From Escherichia phage vB_EcoM_NBG1, in sequence record MH243438.1: DNA of 64,000 nucleotides. The stretch is one strand, 5' to 3'. Positions 12,985 through 21,803 of the stretch are shown here, one piece after another. The notes beneath the pieces were generated by a model. The model did no database searches and had not been told where the DNA came from. It saw nothing but the letters and a program-made list of their open reading frames with translations. The position numbers were made by a program, and so were the translations under genes. Within the stretch, counting starts at the first letter, position 1. Each line of letters opens with the position of its first letter.

Positions 12985-13007
12985 TTTGTTTACTCCTCTG
13001 TAGTTGA

Positions 13008-13046
13008 TAAGTCTATAGTATCACATACCAAATACGTTGTAAACAA
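13008..13046 (-). promoter_or_regulatory. early promoter (GTTTAC -35, extended -10 TGTGATACTATAGAC)
   Basis: Read on minus strand; about 17-nt spacer; drives ORF 12715-12984. Confidence 0.6.
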
Positions 13047-13050
13047 TCTT

Positions 13051-13058
13051 TATAAATA
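13051..13058 (+). promoter_or_regulatory. late promoter TATAAATA for gene 24
   Basis: Exact TATAAATA 28 nt upstream of gene 24 ATG. Confidence 0.6.
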
Positions 13059-13085
13059 ATCTATATCACATAAGGAAAAAATGCA

Positions 13086-14369
13086 ATGAGTAAAATCCAA
13101 AAATTATTGCGTGAATCTACAACGTCTACTAGCAACTCAATCGGTCGCCCAAATCTCGTTGCTTTGACTCGCGCTACGACTAAATTAATATATTCTGACA
13201 TTGTAGCAACACAAAGAACTAATCAACCTGTTGCTGCTTTTTATGGTATCAAATATCTTAACCCAGACAACGAATTAACATTTAAAACTGGTGCTACTTA
13301 TGCAGGTGAAGCTGGATATGTAGACCGAGAAAAAATTACCGAACTCACAGAAGAATCAAAAGTCACATTAAATAAAGGCGATTTTTTCAAATATAATAAT
13401 ATCGTCTATAAAGTGTTAGAAGATACGCCATTTGCAGATATTCAAGAAAGTGATCTAGAATTAGCTCTTCAGATTGCAGTCGTTCATTTAAAGGTACGGT
13501 TATTTTCAGATGCAGCGGTAACAAGCAAATTTGAAAGCTCTGGTAGCGAAATTTCTGATGCAAGATTCCAGATTAATAAATGGCAAACTTCAGTCAAATC
13601 TCGTAAACTTAAAACCGGCCTCACGGTTGAATTAGCGCAAGATTTGGAAGCGAATGGATTTGATGCCCCTAACTTCTTAGAAGATTTGCTTGCTACTGAA
13701 ATGGCTGATGAAATTAATAAAGATATTCTTCAGTCTTTAATTACTGTATCGAAACGTTATAAAGTTACTGGAATTACTGATACCGGATTTATTGACTTGA
13801 GCTATGCGTCTGCTCCAGAAGCAGGTCGTTCATTATACCGAATGGTATGCGAAATGGTTTCGCATATCCAAAAAGAGTCAACTTATACTGCAACGTTTTG
13901 CGTAGCCTCAGCTCGTGCAGCTGCTATTCTTGCTGCTTCTGGTTGGTTAAAACATAAGCCAGAAGATGACAAGTATCTTTCACAAAATGCTTATGGATTC
14001 TTGGCAAATGGATTACCTCTTTACTGCGATACCAACAGTCCGTTAGATTATGTTATTGTGGGTGTTGTAGAAAATATCGGCGAAAAAGAAATTGTAGGGT
14101 CCATCTTTTATGCTCCATACACTGAAGGAGTAGATTTAGATGACCCGGAACATGTTGGTGCATTTAAAGTTGTAGTTGATCCAGAAAGCTTGCAACCGTC
14201 TATCGGATTATTGGTTAGATATGCTTTATCAGCAAATCCTTACACAGTAGCAAAAGACGAAAAAGAAGCGAGAGTAATTGATGGCGGGGACATGGATAAA
14301 ATGGCAGGACGTTCAGACTTGTCTGTTTTACTCGGTGTTAAATTGCCTAAAATTATTATAGATGAATAA
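13086..14369 (+). CDS. 24: capsid vertex protein gp24
   Basis: 427 aa (same as T4); near-identical to remembered T4 gp24. Confidence 0.9.
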   Translation: MSKIQKLLRESTTSTSNSIGRPNLVALTRATTKLIYSDIVATQRTNQPVAAFYGIKYLNPDNELTFKTGATYAGEAGYVDREKITELTEESKVTLNKGDFFKYNNIVYKVLEDTPFADIQESDLELALQIAVVHLKVRLFSDAAVTSKFESSGSEISDARFQINKWQTSVKSRKLKTGLTVELAQDLEANGFDAPNFLEDLLATEMADEINKDILQSLITVSKRYKVTGITDTGFIDLSYASAPEAGRSLYRMVCEMVSHIQKESTYTATFCVASARAAAILAASGWLKHKPEDDKYLSQNAYGFLANGLPLYCDTNSPLDYVIVGVVENIGEKEIVGSIFYAPYTEGVDLDDPEHVGAFKVVVDPESLQPSIGLLVRYALSANPYTVAKDEKEARVIDGGDMDKMAGRSDLSVLLGVKLPKIIIDE

Positions 14370-14372
14370 ACG

Positions 14373-14398
14373 AAAAAGGGACCGTAAGGTCCCTTTTT
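14373..14398. terminator. bidirectional terminator (A-tract, GGGACC-GUAA-GGUCCC, T-tract) between convergent genes 24 and rnlB
   Basis: Hairpin flanked by AAAAA and TTTTT, lying between two convergent stop codons. Confidence 0.75.
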
Positions 14399-14400
14399 CG

Positions 14401-15399
14401 TTATGATACTAATTCAATCCATGCAGGACGCAGAACATCTTGCACCATTCGGACTAATTCTTTCTTAACAAGATTCGGATTATCGGATGATGTTAATACA
14501 ATACCTTCACGAGAAGTTTCTTCCAGAATATCTTGAACAGTCAATCCCATCACTTTGCCAAAATCTTTTGGCGTTACAGTCCCAATCTTAGAAATCACAT
14601 TATTAACACGATTTAATGTAACATAACAAGCTAGAACATCAAGCAAGTTTTTGTCAATTTCGGTTAATGGAACCTGAGTTTTAATAGGCTTATCAGACTT
14701 TTTCTTTTCACTGAATTTAGAGTTCTTGCACTTAATAGCTACACGAGTACCGTTTGGCAGCCATTTAGGGAAACAAGGCTTCAGAACATAACCTTCTGCT
14801 GTATTATCGCCAATAACATTAGCATCAAATACACAATTATTTGCTTCTACAAGGTCTTCTGACGCAGTAGCATTATAAGCGGCTAAGACGGAATCAAGGT
14901 CATTTGGAATCGTGATAAGAGCATCGAATGTTCCACGACCGAGCATTGGTGCCATTTTAAAACCGAATTCATTACAGAAATCTTGCATTTCGTAATCGGT
15001 CAAATACGTATTATCACCACTTTCTGTATTGATAAGGATATCGAACACATAAAAATCTTTTTCACCGTAGTCAACACCTTTCTGGATTCCACCACCAGCG
15101 AATTCACCGAATACTTGATATGATACGGCTCGAGCTGTGTACATGAATTCCTGAACGGCTTTAATAGCTTTATCATACTTCTTAAGTACGATTTCATAAC
15201 CATAAAAATCTTCTGCTGGAAGAATAGGGCCTGTGCGCTTGGCGCATGTGACGTTGTCACGTTCAATTATTAACGAGAAGTTAGTCCCATGGATTTTCTC
15301 ACGTGCTACCCAAACACCAGTAGTCAAACCATTAGTGTAGAGTTTTTCAATAACCTTAGAGTTGTAGTGGTTTTCAAGACTGCTGTATTTCTTAAACAT
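14401..15399 (-). CDS. rnlB: RNA ligase 2 (Rnl2)
   Basis: 332 aa; N-terminus [15 protein letters not shown] and KIHGTN adenylation motif as in T4 Rnl2. Confidence 0.85.
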   Translation of the reverse strand: MFKKYSSLENHYNSKVIEKLYTNGLTTGVWVAREKIHGTNFSLIIERDNVTCAKRTGPILPAEDFYGYEIVLKKYDKAIKAVQEFMYTARAVSYQVFGEFAGGGIQKGVDYGEKDFYVFDILINTESGDNTYLTDYEMQDFCNEFGFKMAPMLGRGTFDALITIPNDLDSVLAAYNATASEDLVEANNCVFDANVIGDNTAEGYVLKPCFPKWLPNGTRVAIKCKNSKFSEKKKSDKPIKTQVPLTEIDKNLLDVLACYVTLNRVNNVISKIGTVTPKDFGKVMGLTVQDILEETSREGIVLTSSDNPNLVKKELVRMVQDVLRPAWIELVS

Positions 15400-15488
15400 A
15401 AATCACCATTATAAATAATAATATCAAAATAATTAGCAGAGACTCTATCTCCGACCCGATGTTTAATTTGAATGGATAGAACCTAGAT

Positions 15489-15518
15489 TCATTATACCAT
15501 CAAAAAATGTAAAGCATA
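15489..15518 (-). promoter_or_regulatory. candidate MotA-dependent middle promoter for rnlB
   Basis: Minus strand reads ATGCTTTAC, 13 nt, TATAAT. Confidence 0.35.
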
Positions 15519-15770
15519 TTAGAACTTGATTTCTATCCAATGACCATCACGCTGGTCGTGATTAATTTTGTACTGAAAGCCGTTATCACGAAGCCATTGA
15601 CCGACTTGTTCAGTTATAGTTAAATCGTTCTTTGACGGGTAGTACGTGAATTGTGTCTGGCCTTTGTCAGCGGCTTTCTCTGCCATCACAGAGAAGTTAG
15701 TAATAAAATCACTCAACAAATTAGCTTTAGTGGCCAGTGCCCTTTCTCTTAATTCCTGTGCAAAACTCAT
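15519..15770 (-). CDS. hypothetical protein (24.2-position)
   Basis: 83 aa ORF with ATG start between hoc and rnlB. Confidence 0.5.
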   Translation of the reverse strand: MSFAQELRERALATKANLLSDFITNFSVMAEKAADKGQTQFTYYPSKNDLTITEQVGQWLRDNGFQYKINHDQRDGHWIEIKF

Positions 15771-15961
15771 TTCTTCACCTTTTTGTTAATCAAACGTTTA
15801 CGGTATACAACTTTTTCTTTTGCTTTAAACTTTGACCGAGCTGTCTCGGCTTTAGTCCATAGTAATCCAACTTCTTTAGGTTGTAAACCAATTTTTTGAG
15901 CAATTTCTACGAATGAAAATCCCGCCTCATGTAATGTATAAACTTCAACTTCAGCTCTCAT
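15767..15961 (-). CDS. hypothetical small basic protein with putative helix-turn-helix (24.3-position)
   Basis: Track start is TTG; first ATG at 15961 gives 64 aa; FSFVEIAQKIGLQPKEV resembles an HTH; Lys-rich C-terminus. Confidence 0.45.
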   Translation of the reverse strand: MRAEVEVYTLHEAGFSFVEIAQKIGLQPKEVGLLWTKAETARSKFKAKEKVVYRKRLINKKVKK

Positions 15962-16030
15962 AATCAATCCCGTATTATTTGGTTTGTGCCATTATATACA
16001 TCAATCTCAAGTTGTGTTTTGTATGCTTTA

Positions 16031-16056
16031 AAAACGAAGAAAGGGGCCGAAGCCCC
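16031..16056 (-). terminator. terminator after hoc (GGGGC-UUCG-GCCCC plus U-rich tract on minus strand)
   Basis: Hairpin 7 nt downstream of hoc stop. Confidence 0.6.
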
Positions 16057-16062
16057 TTACGA

Positions 16063-17193
16063 TTATGGATATGTATAGATGATACCAGTTTCCAAAGCAG
16101 TTTTATGGATGATGTATCCATTACGTGATTCTTGAACATCAACTTCCGGATAGTCTTTCATCATCTTCTGAAGAGTGTAACGATGCAGGTAGTATTTACT
16201 ATCTGGATCTTCAGTTTTCCAATCTTTACCTTCTTCAGTCATTTTTTGGATTTCATCCATAACCCACCATCCGCACCAGATGTAAGCTGAAGTACGATGT
16301 GGAAGAGGATGAACATAAGGTAATTCACCTTCTGGTTCCGGAGCAACTTTATCAGTTACCTGAACTTGACCTTCTGCTGTAATAGTTTTGCTATCGTAAT
16401 CAGTTGCAGTAATAGTTGCAGTAACTTCAATAGTTTGACTTCCAATAGACGAGGTATCAACGGTATATACATTAGTTGACCCTTCTACAGGAGAAGAATC
16501 TTTCTTCCATGAATACGCAATTTGCGCTTCTTCTGGAGCATCAGTGACATTAGCGGTAAATGTAGCCGAAGCATCTTGCTGAACGTTAATAGAAGGAGGA
16601 GTCAATGTAACCTGTGGATTCATTGTCTTCTTATTAACCGTTAATGATACTTCATTCGAAGTAACTTCCTTTGCATCATAATCTGTCGCGGTTACTTGGG
16701 CTACACATTTAATTCTTTTTACTCCACTTGCAGTTGGAGTATAGCTAAATGTAGAGTTAGTTTCTCCACCAACCTGTGAATCATCTACATACCACTGATA
16801 CGTAGCAGATGCGCCTGATGGCTGCGAAGCCAAAGCAGCGGTAAATTCAACAGCTGTTCCAATCACTCCAGCCGCAGGACTAGCAGGAGTTACGGCTAAG
16901 GTAGTCGTCTGTGTCTTATTTTGAACTGTGATAGTCGTAGTAATTTCTGCTGTTTCAGCGTCAGTATCAGGAATAGTATTTGTTGCAACAACTTTAATTG
17001 TTTTTGTTCCAGCAGGTCCTTTTAACACGTAATCAAAAGTTTCTGCCGATCCTACTTGAGGAGCATCGTCTACACTCCATGCATAGGTAATAGTTCCACC
17101 TTCAGTTTGACCACTGGGTGCAGCAGTAAACTGCTTAGTCTCATCTATAACTCCAGTAGGTGTTTTAGGAGTTATATCAACTGTAAAAGCCAT
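16063..17193 (-). CDS. hoc: head outer capsid protein Hoc (Ig-like repeats)
   Basis: 376 aa (same as T4 Hoc); Thr/Val-rich repeats with recurring TATDYD motifs. Confidence 0.85.
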   Translation of the reverse strand: MAFTVDITPKTPTGVIDETKQFTAAPSGQTEGGTITYAWSVDDAPQVGSAETFDYVLKGPAGTKTIKVVATNTIPDTDAETAEITTTITVQNKTQTTTLAVTPASPAAGVIGTAVEFTAALASQPSGASATYQWYVDDSQVGGETNSTFSYTPTASGVKRIKCVAQVTATDYDAKEVTSNEVSLTVNKKTMNPQVTLTPPSINVQQDASATFTANVTDAPEEAQIAYSWKKDSSPVEGSTNVYTVDTSSIGSQTIEVTATITATDYDSKTITAEGQVQVTDKVAPEPEGELPYVHPLPHRTSAYIWCGWWVMDEIQKMTEEGKDWKTEDPDSKYYLHRYTLQKMMKDYPEVDVQESRNGYIIHKTALETGIIYTYP

Positions 17194-17202
17194 AAGTTAT
17201 CC

Positions 17203-17871
17203 TTATTTTAATGTTACGAAAGAAGAATTACGAGTTTCACGAATTAGAACTGATCCATCGCGATTAATATAATAAATTAAGCTAAATAATGTTTGGTGAG
17301 CAGAAGCGTGCACAAAACTGGTTGGGCGAGATTTCCAATCTGGGGTTTCGGCTATCCATTGATAAATCCACCAAGGAACAGTAACATATCCTGGGCCTTT
17401 GCCTAATTTAATGAGTGTAGGACTAAAATTTTCAGGCAGAACAAATTTTACTTCTTTATTTACCTCTGGCTCAGGTTCTTTTTCAGATTCAACAACCTGA
17501 GTAATTGCTTCTTCGAATTTATCATGGTCGAATTCTTTTTCTTGTTCGACAACTTCTAATACTTCAGCTTGTTCTGTTGGAGAATCAAACAACAGAATAG
17601 CTTCTTCTTTAACTTCTTCGTTGGTGAAATTAACACCGTCCACATCATCTGCGGCAGTAATTAAATCGGTGATAGATAATCCATCAGTTTCAGGTAATGG
17701 TTCATCAGCCAGTGCGTTAAGAGCTTCTTCGATATCAATAACAATATTATCGAATGATTTTGTTTTCTTAACACTAATGCCAAATTGTTCCGCATATTCA
17801 AACAGTTTAGCTTTGGCTTCCTTTTTATCAGAAAGAGCACGTAACTCTTCAATATAGTCTTTATCGATCAT
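17203..17871 (-). CDS. inh: Inh, inhibitor of prohead protease
   Basis: 222 aa acidic protein between hoc and the seg gene/uvsW, as in T4. Confidence 0.7.
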   Translation of the reverse strand: MIDKDYIEELRALSDKKEAKAKLFEYAEQFGISVKKTKSFDNIVIDIEEALNALADEPLPETDGLSITDLITAADDVDGVNFTNEEVKEEAILLFDSPTEQAEVLEVVEQEKEFDHDKFEEAITQVVESEKEPEPEVNKEVKFVLPENFSPTLIKLGKGPGYVTVPWWIYQWIAETPDWKSRPTSFVHASAHQTLFSLIYYINRDGSVLIRETRNSSFVTLK

Positions 17872-17884
17872 GATATTTCCTCAT

Positions 17885-17892
17885 TATAAATA
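17885..17892 (+). promoter_or_regulatory. late promoter TATAAATA upstream of the homing endonuclease gene
   Basis: Exact TATAAATA; the long track ORF starts upstream of this promoter, which supports a downstream ATG. Confidence 0.5.
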
Positions 17893-17920
17893 TAACTATA
17901 TTTATTACATGGAAAAGAGT

Positions 17921-18652
17921 ATGTATCACTTTGTTTATGAGACCGTAAATTTAATCAATGGTAAAAAGTACATTGGCAAACATTCTACAGAAAATTTAAA
18001 TGATTCGTATCTAGGGTCAGGTGTTGCCTTAAATCGCGCTATCAAAAAATACGGAGAAGAATCATTTAAACGTTCAATAATTAAACAATTTGAAACTTCC
18101 GCTGAAGCTTTAGAATACGAAGCTCAGTTAGTAACAGAGGATTTGGTCAAATCTAACGAGTATTATAATATGCGCCAAGGCGGTGAAGGTGGAAGGTATA
18201 AGTACACCGAAGCTGATAAGACTAAAATGTCTAATAGTGCTAAAGAACGAATAAAGAGGCTTGGTCATAATCTTTTAGGAAAACACAGATCGGAAGAAAC
18301 AAAAAGAAAACTATCTGAAACAAATAAACGTCGATACTCTGAAGACCCAACATGCCACGGGCGGTATGGTACAGGAAAGCCAAAGATTGATAAAATTAAA
18401 GGTCCTAAAAATCCTACAACTCTAAATAAAATTTGTGTTAACAACGGTAAAGAAAACAGATTTATATCAGCTGAGGACCCGATGCCTGAAGGATTTGTAA
18501 AAGGAATGGTCCAACTTAATAGAAAATCTAGAAAGGGCTGTGAAGTAAAACCTACGACCACCGGCAGAATATGGGTAAATAACGGGGCTATAAATAAATT
18601 AGTAAATCCGTTATCCATCCCAGATGGATATGTTAAAGGCCGTTTAAGGTAA
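17921..18652 (+). CDS. GIY-YIG homing endonuclease (Seg-like, segE position)
   Basis: N-terminal HFVYETVNLINGKKYIGKHS GIY-YIG-type motif; C-terminal repeated WVNNG...PDGYVKG DNA-binding repeats; in-frame alternative ATGs at 17870 and 17909. Confidence 0.75.
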   Translation: MYHFVYETVNLINGKKYIGKHSTENLNDSYLGSGVALNRAIKKYGEESFKRSIIKQFETSAEALEYEAQLVTEDLVKSNEYYNMRQGGEGGRYKYTEADKTKMSNSAKERIKRLGHNLLGKHRSEETKRKLSETNKRRYSEDPTCHGRYGTGKPKIDKIKGPKNPTTLNKICVNNGKENRFISAEDPMPEGFVKGMVQLNRKSRKGCEVKPTTTGRIWVNNGAINKLVNPLSIPDGYVKGRLR

Positions 18653-18657
18653 TTATT

Positions 18658-20172
18658 ATGACAGATATTAAAGTACATTTTCATGATTTTAGCCATGTAA
18701 GAATTGAATGCGACGAAAGCGTGTTCTATGAATTACGCGACTTTTTTAGCTTTGAAGCCGATGGGTACAAATTCAACCCGCGTTACAAATATGGGAACTG
18801 GGATGGTAGAATTAGACTTTTAGATTACAACCGTTTGTTACCATATGGACTTGTAGGACAAATAAAAAAGTTCTGTAGCAATATGAGTTATTCTGTATGG
18901 ATTGACCCTAAAATCTTTGAGACCGAAGACCTTACCAGGGAAGATTTTGACGCATGGCTTTCTAAACAAGAAATTTATTCAGGCAACGCCAAAATCGAAC
19001 CACATTGGTATCAAAAAGATGCAGTATATGAAGGACTAGTTAATCGTCGTCGAATTTTAAACCTTCCGACATCAGCAGGTAAATCACTAATCCAAGCACT
19101 TTTAGCTCGGTATTATCTAGAGAACTATGAAGGTAAAATTCTCATTATCGTCCCTACAACAGCATTGACAACCCAGATGGCTAATGATTTTGTTGATTAT
19201 CGCTTGTTTAGTCATTCGATGATTAAGAAAATTGGCGGTGGTGCTGATAAAGCAGACAAATCTAAAAACGACGCTCCAATTATTGTTGGCACATGGCAAA
19301 CGGTAGTTAAGCAGCCTAAAGAATGGTTCTCTCAGTTCGGTATGATGATGAACGATGAATGCCACTTAGCAACAGGCAAAAGTATTTCTTCAATCATCGC
19401 AGGATTAAATAATTGTATGTTTAAATTCGGTTTATCTGGCTCATTAAGAGACGGAAAGGCCAATGTAATGCAGTACGTAGGTATGTTCGGCGAAATCTTC
19501 CGTCCTGTTAGCACGTCTAAATTAATGGAAGATGGACAGGTAACTGAGCTTAAGATTAATAGTATTTTCCTTCGTTATCCAGACGAATTCGCCACCAAAT
19601 TAAAAGGTAAAACATACCAAGAAGAAGTTAAAATTATTACCGGACTAAAACGACGTACAAAGTGGATTGCTCAACTTTCAGTCAAATTGGCTAAGAAAGA
19701 CGAGAACGCCTTTGTAATGTTTAAACACGTTACACACGGTAAAGAAATATTTGAAGCTATTAAAGAGCTTGGATACGAAAAAGTTTATTACGTATCAGGC
19801 GAAGTTGATACTGAAACACGTAACGCGCTTAAAGTCATGGCAGAAAATGGTAAAGGCATTATTATTGTCGCATCATATGGAGTATTCTCTACCGGTATTT
19901 CAGTCAAGAATCTTCATCATGTTATTTTTGCCCATGGTGTTAAATCAAAAATTATCGTACTTCAAACAGTAGGTCGTGTGCTTCGTAAGCATGGTTCTAA
20001 AGCTGTTGCTACAGTTTGGGATCTCATCGATGACGCAGGTGTAAAACCTAAATCATTAAATACTAAAAAGAAGTATACTCATCTTAATTACTTGTTAAAA
20101 CACGGTATTGATCGTATCCAACGTTACGCTGATGAGAAATTTAACTATGTAATGAAAACAATTAATTTATAA
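18658..20172 (+). CDS. uvsW: UvsW DNA/RNA helicase (SF2)
   Basis: 504 aa; Walker A PTSAGKS and DECH box. Confidence 0.9.
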   Translation: MTDIKVHFHDFSHVRIECDESVFYELRDFFSFEADGYKFNPRYKYGNWDGRIRLLDYNRLLPYGLVGQIKKFCSNMSYSVWIDPKIFETEDLTREDFDAWLSKQEIYSGNAKIEPHWYQKDAVYEGLVNRRRILNLPTSAGKSLIQALLARYYLENYEGKILIIVPTTALTTQMANDFVDYRLFSHSMIKKIGGGADKADKSKNDAPIIVGTWQTVVKQPKEWFSQFGMMMNDECHLATGKSISSIIAGLNNCMFKFGLSGSLRDGKANVMQYVGMFGEIFRPVSTSKLMEDGQVTELKINSIFLRYPDEFATKLKGKTYQEEVKIITGLKRRTKWIAQLSVKLAKKDENAFVMFKHVTHGKEIFEAIKELGYEKVYYVSGEVDTETRNALKVMAENGKGIIIVASYGVFSTGISVKNLHHVIFAHGVKSKIIVLQTVGRVLRKHGSKAVATVWDLIDDAGVKPKSLNTKKKYTHLNYLLKHGIDRIQRYADEKFNYVMKTINL

Positions 20173-20185
20173 GGGCTTCGGCCCT
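20172..20185 (+). other. UUCG hairpin (AGGGC-UUCG-GCCCU) overlapping uvsW stop and preceding the uvsW.1 RBS
   Basis: Inverted repeat; no U-tract, followed by AGGAG and the uvsW.1 ATG. Confidence 0.45.
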
Positions 20186-20197
20186 TAGGAGATAAAA

Positions 20198-20428
20198 ATG
20201 GTACTTGAATTTAAACAATTTTTATACGAAGCATCTATTGACGAATTCATGGGTAAAATTGCTAGTTGTCATACCCTAGAAGGGCTTGAAGAATTGGAAG
20301 CTTATTATAAGAAACGTATAAAAGAAACGGAATTAAAAGATACAGATGATATTTCTGTCAGGGATGCCTTAGCAGGTAAGCGTGCCGAACTTGAAGGCGA
20401 TGATGAGGATGTGGAAGAAGACTTCTAA
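20198..20428 (+). CDS. uvsW.1: UvsW.1, small acidic protein downstream of uvsW
   Basis: 76 aa, same length and position as T4 uvsW.1. Confidence 0.7.
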   Translation: MVLEFKQFLYEASIDEFMGKIASCHTLEGLEELEAYYKKRIKETELKDTDDISVRDALAGKRAELEGDDEDVEEDF

Positions 20429-20430
20429 TT

Positions 20431-20461
20431 AAAAAAAAGGCCCGACCTTTTTGGAAGGGCC
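20431..20461 (-). terminator. hairpin GGCCC...GGGCC with U8 on the minus strand
   Basis: Minus transcript reads the hairpin followed by UUUUUUUU; sits between uvsW.1 and the leftward small ORF. Confidence 0.5.
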
Positions 20462-20487
20462 AAAAACCATAGGCAAAAAAGGTAACA

Positions 20488-20655
20488 CTATAGTAAAAGT
20501 TGGGTTTCGTTCAATTGCTCTTCTGAACTTTCTGAAACCGGCAATTGTTGTACATAATTATAACAAGGACCAGGATGTGCTGGGCCTTTGTCTGTTTCAA
20601 CAACCAATGCAGAATCGATTGGAGTTTTACAGACAACACAAATCTTATCTGACAT
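20488..20655 (-). CDS. small Cys-containing protein (55 aa; uvsY.-2 position), not in ORF track
   Basis: Hand-translated MSDKICVVCKTPIDS...; AGGAGG RBS and TATAAATA late promoter upstream. Confidence 0.5.
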   Translation of the reverse strand: MSDKICVVCKTPIDSALVVETDKGPAHPGPCYNYVQQLPVSESSEEQLNETQLLL

Positions 20656-20684
20656 GATTGCCTCCTAAGTTGAAATTACATATC

Positions 20685-20692
20685 TATTTATA
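20685..20692 (-). promoter_or_regulatory. late promoter TATAAATA (minus strand) for the 55-aa ORF
   Basis: Exact TATAAATA on minus strand, then AGGAGG, then ATG at 20655. Confidence 0.5.
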
Positions 20693-20912
20693 CAACTCTC
20701 ATATGCATATCAATGCCCATATCTTTAGAATAAAAATATTCATCAAGATATCCGGCAAATTTTCCTTTAATATAAAGGACATCTTCACCACACGGATGGT
20801 CTGCCAGGATACGAATATCCTGACGACGTAGACGATACTTTTCCATTAGGAATTTAATTTCAGTTTCAAATTCTTCGTCATTATTAAAGGCATCTTCAAT
20901 TGAATAACGCAT
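20688..20912 (-). CDS. uvsY.-1: hypothetical protein uvsY.-1
   Basis: 74 aa; TAATG-coupled to the uvsY stop. Confidence 0.6.
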   Translation of the reverse strand: MRYSIEDAFNNDEEFETEIKFLMEKYRLRRQDIRILADHPCGEDVLYIKGKFAGYLDEYFYSKDMGIDMHMRVV

Positions 20913-21325
20913 TATTGCCCCGCTTCAAATTCTCGCATATCCTGGATATGTTTAAGTGCAAAACTACGAGACTTAACTGCGTCAAGTGCACCACTACAGA
21001 ACTCAAGTAAAATTCCCCAGTATTGTAAAGTAGTCTCTATTTTAAGCACATCTTTATCTGCAGCCAGGACAGTTTTCATTTCAGATTTCTCGTATCGGTC
21101 CATACTGAATTCATCACCGTCACCTCGTCCCGAGTAGTAGTCTAATCTTGCTTTTAGAGCAGTTTTCTTCTGAGTCTCTATACGCAACATTTCTTTACGA
21201 ATAAATGAGTGCTTACGTAGCCATTTGCTGTATAACTTAACATTATTCGCTGTCTCATATTGCAACTTTGTTGTATCAATAGCTAAGTCTGCGTCTAACT
21301 CTTCCTGTAAATCTTCCAGCTTCAT
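20912..21325 (-). CDS. uvsY: UvsY recombination mediator
   Basis: 137 aa from internal ATG (MKLEDLQEEL...), matching the T4 UvsY length and sequence; the longer track ORF is an upstream extension. Confidence 0.85.
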   Translation of the reverse strand: MKLEDLQEELDADLAIDTTKLQYETANNVKLYSKWLRKHSFIRKEMLRIETQKKTALKARLDYYSGRGDGDEFSMDRYEKSEMKTVLAADKDVLKIETTLQYWGILLEFCSGALDAVKSRSFALKHIQDMREFEAGQ

Positions 21326-21377
21326 AATATTCTCTCTTTTACTAATAATCTCCCGGCTGTATCGGAAGGACCTAAAA

Positions 21378-21407
21378 CCATTATACATAGGTTGCCTTGA
21401 AGCATTA
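21378..21407 (-). promoter_or_regulatory. MotA-dependent middle promoter for uvsY
   Basis: Minus strand reads AATGCTTCA, 12 nt, TATAAT; the MotA box overlaps the gene 25 stop. Confidence 0.5.
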
Positions 21408-21803
21408 CACTCTATTGCTTGACGCTAACTGAAGTTTAATTTGTTCAATATCGTCAGGGTTGTCTACGACCGAAAATCTAATCTCTACTATAACCGTATA
21501 GTCATCATATACTGGCGTTACACTTACAGAAAGTTTGTCGATGCGTGGCTCATAGTTACGGACAGCTGCCTGGATATTACGCTCAATCGTATCGGCTGTA
21601 AGTGGTGTCATGTTCTCGAAAAGTTCGTCGACCAAATCACATCCAAATTCAGGGTCGAAGGGGCGTGAGCCTTTTCTAGTTGTCACTATGCCAAGAAGAC
21701 TATTTTTAATAGAACGAAGTCCTACAGAACGAGCAACGTCCTTGTTCCAATCCATACGCATTTCTGGGTCGATATCTGAATAAAGTTTATTGATATTAGA
21801 CAT
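21405..21803 (-). CDS. 25: baseplate wedge protein gp25
   Basis: 132 aa (same as T4 gp25). Confidence 0.85.
   Translation of the reverse strand: MSNINKLYSDIDPEMRMDWNKDVARSVGLRSIKNSLLGIVTTRKGSRPFDPEFGCDLVDELFENMTPLTADTIERNIQAAVRNYEPRIDKLSVSVTPVYDDYTVIVEIRFSVVDNPDDIEQIKLQLASSNRV

Noticed and set aside
15404-15411. Plus-strand TATAAATA upstream of rnlB that would drive antisense transcription into the 24.2/24.3/hoc genes
   Set aside because: The octamer is expected by chance in AT-rich sequence and no plus-strand gene follows; treated as coincidental, though antisense late RNA cannot be excluded.
20451-20657. 68-aa plus-strand track ORF between uvsW.1 and uvsY.-1
   Set aside because: Spans a terminator hairpin and lacks an RBS; the opposite-strand 55-aa ORF with AGGAGG and a late promoter is preferred.
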